Below are positions 58,018 through 64,000 of a stretch of DNA of 64,000 bases, piece after piece. A program made the translations under genes and the position numbers. Source of the DNA: Bdellovibrionales bacterium (GTDB taxonomy: Bacteria > Bdellovibrionota > Bdellovibrionia > Bdellovibrionales > UBA1609). Positions within the stretch are counted from its first letter, which is position 1; each line of letters begins with the position of its first letter. The stretch is taken from the NCBI GenBank assembly GCA_051011135.1, contig JBPCUO010000056.1:44315-108314 (forward strand), in the 5' to 3' direction. Below the pieces are notes generated by a model. That model ran no database searches, had not been told where the DNA came from, and saw only the letters and a list, made by a program, of their open reading frames with translations.

Positions 58018-59166
58018 TTACTGTTTTGAGCTTGTTTTATAGTAAACAACAACTTTCATAGGATCTGCTACTTTTCGATTAAAGATAATTCTTTTACCTA
58101 CTAAAGACCAAGGTATTTCTCTATAAAGCTTATCAACAAAATCTATTTCAACCGTTTCTGGTATAGGCTTGTTTTTTAAAACCAGACTATTATTTAAAGT
58201 CTGTTTGATATGCTTAGATATTGTTCTTAACTGAAGTCCATAGTCTTTTGTACAGATACTAATATTTTGGCCTTTTGTAATCTGGGCTAATTCCATAATA
58301 ATAGATCCCACACTAGCCACTCCAGAATGGCTCTGTTCTTGTCTACGACAATTATCATTTGTAATAACAATATTAAAATTTATAAAATTCTTATTTTGAC
58401 CTTTAAAAGTTTCATTAAAAGAATCAACAACTTCTTGAGCGCGAGTTGCTCTCCGTGTATCGTCAGATCTTTCATCTTCATTGCCTATAATAATAGTTAC
58501 TAAATCTGCTTCTGGTCGAAAAAAATCTTTATTATCTAAATCATATCTTTCAATAGCAGATTTTAAAGACCTTAAAGGTTGTTCTGAGTTACCACTGCAA
58601 TAAGGAGGTTTTTTACAATCAATACCTAAAGCATGAGAAAGAGTATGGTAGAAAATTTTTTTATAATTTGATTTTTTTCTATTTAAAATTCTTGATGATA
58701 AAACTTGCCCATTTAATTCTAAATTCATCAAGCGCCCATATCTGGGTTTTTTAGAATGAACATAGTTCTGCCATTTATCTTGAAAGATCTCTTTTTGGCC
58801 CCTTCCATGATTAGCGGTAATAAAACCTATCTGCCAATCATAACCTTTTATCACTGATAAAAGATCGGAAAGAGATTGTCCTAATTGGTCGAGATGATGG
58901 AACATCGATTGTGAAGAATCAACCACCATTAAAATATCCACCTTTGAAGTTTGATACCCACCTACTTCAAAGACTTCTTTTTTTTCATGTGGTTTTGGTT
59001 CTTTCTCAAAAATACTAGCAACAGCGATTTCTTGATCCGATAAGCCTCTAAAATGAACTTGATTTTCCACGCAAGACACCGAGAAAAGACTTAAAAAAAG
59101 CATAAAAGTTTTTTTACTTCTTATCTGATTATTCTGATTTAATAAATTAAATAAAATTCTACTCAA
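58018..59166 (-). CDS. von Willebrand factor A (vWA)-like domain lipoprotein
   Basis: Lipobox LFSVSC, a MIDAS-like DxSxS motif (ILMVVDSSQSM) and later T and D positions (IIGNEDERSD). Confidence 0.65.
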   Translation of the reverse strand: MSRILFNLLNQNNQIRSKKTFMLFLSLFSVSCVENQVHFRGLSDQEIAVASIFEKEPKPHEKKEVFEVGGYQTSKVDILMVVDSSQSMFHHLDQLGQSLSDLLSVIKGYDWQIGFITANHGRGQKEIFQDKWQNYVHSKKPRYGRLMNLELNGQVLSSRILNRKKSNYKKIFYHTLSHALGIDCKKPPYCSGNSEQPLRSLKSAIERYDLDNKDFFRPEADLVTIIIGNEDERSDDTRRATRAQEVVDSFNETFKGQNKNFINFNIVITNDNCRRQEQSHSGVASVGSIIMELAQITKGQNISICTKDYGLQLRTISKHIKQTLNNSLVLKNKPIPETVEIDFVDKLYREIPWSLVGKRIIFNRKVADPMKVVVYYKTSSKQ

Positions 59167-59176
59167 GCAGGCCCCC

Positions 59177-59518
59177 TTAACTTGATTTATTCTTAATTTG
59201 ATTTTTTTTCAATTCCTTTTTTTTCTCTTTAGGAAATAATTCTAATCTCTTTTTGAAGTCTTCCACCCTCGGTAGGATAGCACTAGAGACATCACGATGA
59301 ATAGCCTTTTTTTGAGATGGAAAATTTTTCCTATTTCGAATAATTTTTACACTATCTGCACTCACCTGATGAAGCAGCTTTGTCCCTAAATAGTCTTTAC
59401 CAGCATGAACCAGATAATCCTCTAAAGTTTTGCCATCAAATTTTATTTGAAGAATAAATACTACTAAAAAAGTAGAAATTAATTTTAAACCAAAAGAAAT
59501 AAGACGAAATAAAAACAT
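59177..59518 (-). CDS. Hypothetical membrane-anchored protein
   Basis: 113 aa with an N-terminal TM helix and a Lys-rich C-terminus. Its start lies 1 nt after the receiver-gene stop. Confidence 0.5.
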   Translation of the reverse strand: MFLFRLISFGLKLISTFLVVFILQIKFDGKTLEDYLVHAGKDYLGTKLLHQVSADSVKIIRNRKNFPSQKKAIHRDVSSAILPRVEDFKKRLELFPKEKKKELKKNQIKNKSS

Positions 59519-59519
59519 A

Positions 59520-59891
59520 TTAGGCCGCTCCGGCTTTTTCTAAAGATTGAATAAGCCTTTGTTCTTCAAAAGGTTTAAATAAATAATCAAAACACCCTGT
59601 TTCTAAAGCTTTAGAAACAATATGTTCTTCTTTTAAACTGGAACAAACTATCGTAGAAATTGCCGGATATTTTTTTTTAACTTGAACAATAAAATTTAAA
59701 GTGTCTTGCTCTGGCATCACAAGATCTAAACAAATAATATTTGGATTTTGTTGTTCTATTAAACTCCAAGCATCTGCAATTTGATCTATTTTACCAACAA
59801 CAATAAACCGATGCTTTTCTATTAAAAGACTCAGGCTTTCACGAAATAAATGATTGTCATCAATAATTAAAACTTTCAGGGCTTCTGACAT
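59520..59891 (-). CDS. Single-domain response regulator (CheY-like receiver)
   Basis: Receiver signature residues are present: DD (LIIDDN), phospho-acceptor D (CLDLVMP), S/T (VCSS) and K (LFKPF). No output domain. Confidence 0.85.
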   Translation of the reverse strand: MSEALKVLIIDDNHLFRESLSLLIEKHRFIVVGKIDQIADAWSLIEQQNPNIICLDLVMPEQDTLNFIVQVKKKYPAISTIVCSSLKEEHIVSKALETGCFDYLFKPFEEQRLIQSLEKAGAA

Positions 59892-59970
59892 TCTTATATT
59901 TTAATGTGATTCGATACTATTTTGAAAACAGATCTAAGAAGTCTATTCTAAAGGCTGGAGTTTTAAAAAC

Positions 59971-60003
59971 TTAAAAAAAAGCCCAAACGAAATGTTTGGG
60001 CTT
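59971..60003 (-). terminator. Rho-independent terminator of groESL
   Basis: A 10-bp stem (AAGCCCAAAC / GTTTGGGCTT) with a 5-nt loop lies 13 nt after the groEL stop. It is followed on the minus strand by a run of 8 U (plus-strand A-run 59973-59980). Confidence 0.85.
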
Positions 60004-60015
60004 TTAAGAAGTTAT

Positions 60016-61656
60016 TTACATCATAGGCATTCCACCCATTCCACCACCGCCGGCTGGCATAGGAGGAGGGGTATCTTTTTTAGGTTCATCAGCAACCATT
60101 GCTTCTGTTGTTAGCATTAAAGAGGCTACAGAACTTGCATACTCTAAAGCACAACGAACAACTTTTTTAGGATCAATAACACCTGTTTTTACAAGATCTT
60201 CATATTTTCCTGTCCAAGCATTAAAACCATAATTTAGATTTTGTTTTTCTCCAAGAGTTCGATCTAAAATAATAGCTCCGTCCACTCCTGCATTGGCAGC
60301 AATCTGCCGTATAGGAATTTCACAAGCTTTTTTAACAATGTTCACACCAAATTGTTCCTCTTCTTCGACTTTAAGTTGATCTAAATTACGAGAAGCTCTT
60401 AAAAGCGCTACTCCACCACCCGGAACAATTCCTTCTTCCACAGCAGCGCGAGTTGAGTTTAAAGCATCTTCTACACGAGCTTTCTTTTCTTTCATTTCAA
60501 CTTCAGAAGGAGCTCCAACATGAATAACAGCAACTCCACCAGATAATTTCGCTAATCGTTCTTGAAGTTTTTCTTTATCATAATCAGAAGTAGATTCTTC
60601 AATTTGTAATCGAATTTGTTTTACACGACTATCAATAGCCGTCTTTTCTCCTGCTCCACTTACAATTGTTGTATTGTCTTTATCAATAACAACTCGTTTA
60701 GCCTGACCTAGTGATTTAACAGAAGTATCTTCTAAATTCATACCTGTATCCTCGCTGATCACTTCTCCTTTTGTTAAAATAGCAATATCTTCTAAAAGTT
60801 CTTTTCTGCGATCTCCAAATCCAGGAGCTTTCACAGCAGCAACTTGAAGAGTTCCACGAAGTTTATTAACAACTAAAGTTGCTAAAGCTTCTCCTTCAAC
60901 ATCTTCTGCTATAATCAAAAGAGGCTTTCCAGATTGAACAACTCCCTCAAGAAGTTTTACAATATTTTTCATTGAACTTATCTTTTTATCAAAAATAAGC
61001 ATGTAACAATTTTCTAGGACTGTTTCCATTCTCTCTGCATTCGTAATAAAATAAGGAGATAAGTAACCACGATCAAATTGCATACCTTCTACAACATCTA
61101 ATTCTGTCATAAAAGTTTTGCTTTCTTCTATAGTGATCACACCTTCTTGGCCTACTTTTTCCATGGCTTTAGCAATAATTTCTCCAACTTCCTTATCATT
61201 ATTTCCAGAAATAGTTCCTACTTGAGCAATCTCAGTTTTTCCTTTAACAGGTTGAGATAATTTTCCAAGTTCTTCTTTAATAAATTGAACGGCTTTGTCT
61301 ATTCCTCTTTTAATTTGAGTTGGATTATGGTTAGCACTAATGTATTTTAAGCCTTCATTATATATCGCTTGAGCTAATATTGTTGCAGAAGTTGTTCCAT
61401 CTCCCGCTTCATCATTGGTTTTACTGGCTACTTCTTTAACCATTTGAGCACCCATATTTTCAAATTTATTTTTTAATTCAATTTCTTTTGCAACTGTCAC
61501 TCCATCCTTTGTAATTAAAGGAGCTCCAAAAGATTTTTCAATAGCTACATTTCGTCCTTTTGGACCTAAAGTAGTTTTTACAGCATCTGCCAGAACATTT
61601 ACTCCCTTTGCAATAGAGCTTCTAGCTTCTGTACTGAAACGCAATTCTTTACTCAT
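60016..61656 (-). CDS. groL: Chaperonin GroEL
   Basis: Full-length GroEL pattern with [12 protein letters not shown] and the C-terminal [11 protein letters not shown]. Confidence 0.98.
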   Translation of the reverse strand: MSKELRFSTEARSSIAKGVNVLADAVKTTLGPKGRNVAIEKSFGAPLITKDGVTVAKEIELKNKFENMGAQMVKEVASKTNDEAGDGTTSATILAQAIYNEGLKYISANHNPTQIKRGIDKAVQFIKEELGKLSQPVKGKTEIAQVGTISGNNDKEVGEIIAKAMEKVGQEGVITIEESKTFMTELDVVEGMQFDRGYLSPYFITNAERMETVLENCYMLIFDKKISSMKNIVKLLEGVVQSGKPLLIIAEDVEGEALATLVVNKLRGTLQVAAVKAPGFGDRRKELLEDIAILTKGEVISEDTGMNLEDTSVKSLGQAKRVVIDKDNTTIVSGAGEKTAIDSRVKQIRLQIEESTSDYDKEKLQERLAKLSGGVAVIHVGAPSEVEMKEKKARVEDALNSTRAAVEEGIVPGGGVALLRASRNLDQLKVEEEEQFGVNIVKKACEIPIRQIAANAGVDGAIILDRTLGEKQNLNYGFNAWTGKYEDLVKTGVIDPKKVVRCALEYASSVASLMLTTEAMVADEPKKDTPPPMPAGGGGMGGMPMM

Positions 61657-61687
61657 TATTTACCTCCACTTGTAAATGATTGATTTA

Positions 61688-61981
61688 TCAATTTAATACT
61701 CCATAAATATCTTCTTCTTTCATCATAAGATACTCATCACCTTCCATTTTAAATTCTGTTCCTGAATATTTTCCAAAAAGAACGGTATCACCCGTTTTAA
61801 TTTCTAAAGGAACAACTTTTCCATCAGTATTCACTCGTCCTTTTCCTGTAGAAACAACTTTTCCTTTCACAGGCTTTTCTTTAGCAGTTTCAGGAATGAT
61901 AATTCCTCCTGCTGTTTTAGACTCTTGAGCCAAGCGTTTTACAATAATACGATCTTGTAAAGGTCTTATATTTAATGACAT
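61688..61981 (-). CDS. groS: Co-chaperonin GroES
   Basis: 97 aa with [12 protein letters not shown] and the mobile-loop region. Strong G-rich SD (AAGGGGGG). Confidence 0.97.
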   Translation of the reverse strand: MSLNIRPLQDRIIVKRLAQESKTAGGIIIPETAKEKPVKGKVVSTGKGRVNTDGKVVPLEIKTGDTVLFGKYSGTEFKMEGDEYLMMKEEDIYGVLN

Positions 61982-62018
61982 TTTTGCCCCCCTTGTTAAT
62001 TAATTGAAAGTATCACTT

Positions 62019-62047
62019 AATTAGGGATTTATAGCGCTAAAGTCAAG
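62019..62047 (-). promoter_or_regulatory. Tentative heat-shock (sigma32-like) promoter upstream of groES
   Basis: On the minus strand, CTTGACT, a 14-nt spacer, then CCCTAATT, compared with the E. coli sigma32 consensus CTTGAAA-N13-15-CCCCATNT. It can also be read as sigma70 TTGACT-N17-TAATTA. Confidence 0.35.
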
Positions 62048-62091
62048 CCTAAGCCTCAAAATAATAGTAATTACAAGGTTTGATGCTCGAT

Positions 62092-64000
62092 TTAAGAGTG
62101 TTTTAAAAGATAATCTTTAAGATAAAAAGCAGTATGGCTTTTTTTAGACTTTAAAAATTTGGAGGGAGATCCTTCTGCAACTAATTGCCCTCCTTTTTGT
62201 CCGGCTTCGGGGCCTATATCTATAATATAATCAGCCTCTTTAATCACTTCTAAATTATGTTCAATCACCAGGACACTTGCTCCTGCATCCACAAGTCGAT
62301 TCAAAACTTTTAATAAAAAATCAATCTCTTTAAAATGCAATCCTTTGGTAGGCTCATCCAGAATATACAAGGTTTTTTCTTGTTGAGAGTTCAAAAGCTC
62401 TTTTGCTAATTTGATTCTTTGCCTTTCTCCACCACTTAAAGAAGCTGTGTTTTGTCCTAAAGTCACATAAGACAGTCCCACTTCTTTCAAAGCAGAAAAA
62501 GCTCTTAATAAACTAGCTTCCATCTTAAAAAAATGAAAAGCTTCTTGAACTGTCATATTTAAAACTTCAAAAATATTTTTTTCTTTGTATTGAATTTTTA
62601 ATACTTCTTTTTGAAATTTTTTTCCTTTGCAATCTTCGCAGACCATTCGAATAGGATCCATAAATACCATATCAATTTCTTGATAACCTAAGCCTTTACA
62701 AGATGGACATCTTCCTCCTTCTACATTCAAGCTGAAATGCGAAGTTTTAAATCCTTGTCGTTTAGCTAAAGCAGTTTCAGAAAAAACTTTACGAATCACA
62801 TCATAAGCTTTTAAATAAGAAACAATAGAACTTCTAGAAGTTCTTCCAACTTCTGATTGATCCATTAAAATAACATTTTTTAAAAACTCTGAACCTTGAA
62901 GACTTTCATGTTTTAAAGCTTTCAATCCTGCTCCATTAATTTTATTAGCTAAAGCGGGATACAAAGTTTCTGAAATCAAGCTGGATTTTCCAGAGCCAGA
63001 AACTCCTGTAACAACAACAAAGCGATTTAAAGGCAGGAATAAATCTATTTTTTTTAAATTATGACCTGTCGCTTGTTTTAAAAGTAATCGATATTTATGA
63101 CTGTTTTTATCAACAAGACTCACTGTCTTTAAAAAAGGAGCTTTTCTTTGTAAATAAGCAACTGTATTAGATTCTCCATTTTTTAAAAAATCTTTTTTAG
63201 GTCCATTCCAAAGAACTTGGCCTCCTCTGTGGCCTGATTCAGGGCCCATTTCTATAACATGATCACAACTTTCAATAACATCTTCATCATGCTCGACCAC
63301 GACAACAGTATTTCCCAGTTTTTTTAATTCCTTTAGCAATTCAATCATACGACGGGTATCTCTAGGGTGTAGTCCCACTGTAGGTTCATCTAAAACATAA
63401 AGAACTTGAGAAAGACCAAGACCTAAACGATTTGATAAGTTCAATCGTTGAAACTCTCCTCCTGATAAAGTATTGATAGCGCGATTCAAAGAAAGATAAG
63501 ACAATCCTACAGAATTTAAATAATATAGAATTTTTTTTAAAGCTTCTAAAGCCTCTTTGCATCTATTCACTTGTGATTTAGAAAATTTATTTTTATCAAA
63601 AAAACGAGCCATATCTCCTACATTCATATTCATATATGCTTGGTAGTTTTTCTTAAGAAGATAAATGGAATCAATTTCTTTTCGAAGGCGAGACCCCTTG
63701 CAGTCTTGGCACAAAAAAGGAGATCGATAACGAGATAAAAGAATGCGAACATGCATTTTATGTCTTTTTCTTTCTAAATATTTAAAATAATCTTGGATTC
63801 CTAAAAACTTATCTTCTCCTTCCCAAAGATACTTCCTTTGACGAAGAGTTAAATCACACCAAGCTTTTTTATAAATTTTATTTTTTATACAATACTCTTT
63901 TAAAGCTTTTCTCCAACGGTACGACGACGGCATTGTTAAAGGTTTTACCACCCCTTCCTCGATAGATAGCCTTGGATTAGGGATGACTTTTTTTTCATCA
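62092..64000 (-). CDS. uvrA: Excinuclease ABC subunit A; the N-terminal ~300 aa lie outside the window
   Basis: Two ABC signatures (LSGGEFQRLNL and LSGGERQRIKLA), Walker A GVSGSGKSS and Zn finger CPSCKG...CEDCKG. The frame stays open upstream of the track GTG (DEKKVIPNPRLSIEEGVVKPL) to the window edge. Confidence 0.95.
   Translation of the reverse strand, partial: DEKKVIPNPRLSIEEGVVKPLTMPSSYRWRKALKEYCIKNKIYKKAWCDLTLRQRKYLWEGEDKFLGIQDYFKYLERKRHKMHVRILLSRYRSPFLCQDCKGSRLRKEIDSIYLLKKNYQAYMNMNVGDMARFFDKNKFSKSQVNRCKEALEALKKILYYLNSVGLSYLSLNRAINTLSGGEFQRLNLSNRLGLGLSQVLYVLDEPTVGLHPRDTRRMIELLKELKKLGNTVVVVEHDEDVIESCDHVIEMGPESGHRGGQVLWNGPKKDFLKNGESNTVAYLQRKAPFLKTVSLVDKNSHKYRLLLKQATGHNLKKIDLFLPLNRFVVVTGVSGSGKSSLISETLYPALANKINGAGLKALKHESLQGSEFLKNVILMDQSEVGRTSRSSIVSYLKAYDVIRKVFSETALAKRQGFKTSHFSLNVEGGRCPSCKGLGYQEIDMVFMDPIRMVCEDCKGKKFQKEVLKIQYKEKNIFEVLNMTVQEAFHFFKMEASLLRAFSALKEVGLSYVTLGQNTASLSGGERQRIKLAKELLNSQQEKTLYILDEPTKGLHFKEIDFLLKVLNRLVDAGASVLVIEHNLEVIKEADYIIDIGPEAGQKGGQLVAEGSPSKFLKSKKSHTAFYLKDYLLKHS

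Noticed and set aside
61982-62091. A CIRCE (HrcA operator) element upstream of groES.
   Set aside because: Only a half-site-like TTAGCGCTA is present, with no complementary arm at the 9-nt spacing.
1-64000. Whole-window search, by eye, for CRISPR arrays, rRNA, IS elements, retron or defence-island signatures, riboswitches and large structured RNAs.
   Set aside because: No spaced direct repeats were seen, and no intergenic region is longer than ~650 nt. No nuclease, helicase or methylase clusters occur beyond housekeeping uvrA and ligA. The leaders of lysC, purN and lipA are too short for the corresponding riboswitches. A covariance-model scan (Infernal/Rfam) would be the decisive check.

Overview
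This window is a 64-kb chromosomal segment from an AT-rich (GC not computed), Gram-negative, aerobic bacterium, and it is mostly housekeeping. The gene content includes a caa3-type cytochrome oxidase operon with Sco and heme O synthase, TolB, BamE-like and beta-barrel envelope genes, GatCAB, many TPR and secreted proteins, secreted ankyrin proteins and a short histone-fold-like ORF. This fits a Bdellovibrionota/Oligoflexia-like lineage, but that placement is inferred from protein motifs only.

I call 62 CDS, of which 50 are on the minus strand. Many have 1-4 nt start/stop overlaps. Two CDS are cut by the window edges: asd on the left and uvrA on the right. I also call 4 tRNAs (Ser-GCU, Arg-ACG, Asn-GUU, Ser-UGA), 3 intrinsic terminators, 3 tentative promoters and 2 intragenic tandem repeats.

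I saw no rRNA, CRISPR array, transposase, integrase, prophage or recognisable defence or toxin-antitoxin system, and I cannot point to a clear-cut novel multi-gene system. The items most worth a second look are:
- a 74-aa candidate bacterial histone-fold protein with a very strong Shine-Dalgarno (SD) ribosome-binding site (57472-57696);
- the unannotated cassette upstream of it, encoding a CheY-like receiver, a membrane protein, a vWA lipoprotein and a small secreted protein;
- two signal-peptide-bearing ankyrin-repeat proteins flanking tRNA-Ser, one built from near-identical 99-bp repeats;
- a lipobox plus C-terminal-TM LysM protein with a very large acidic spacer;
- a double-length aromatic amino acid hydroxylase;
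- a SecA without the C-terminal zinc finger, coupled to a zinc-ribbon ORF;
- a Rho with a disordered N-terminal extension;
- a DUF368 gene that appears to start at a non-canonical codon.

CDS coordinates come from the ORF track, with some starts adjusted by arithmetic. Hand-derived coordinates for RNAs, hairpins and promoters were anchored to neighbouring ORF-track coordinates but could still be off by a base or two.
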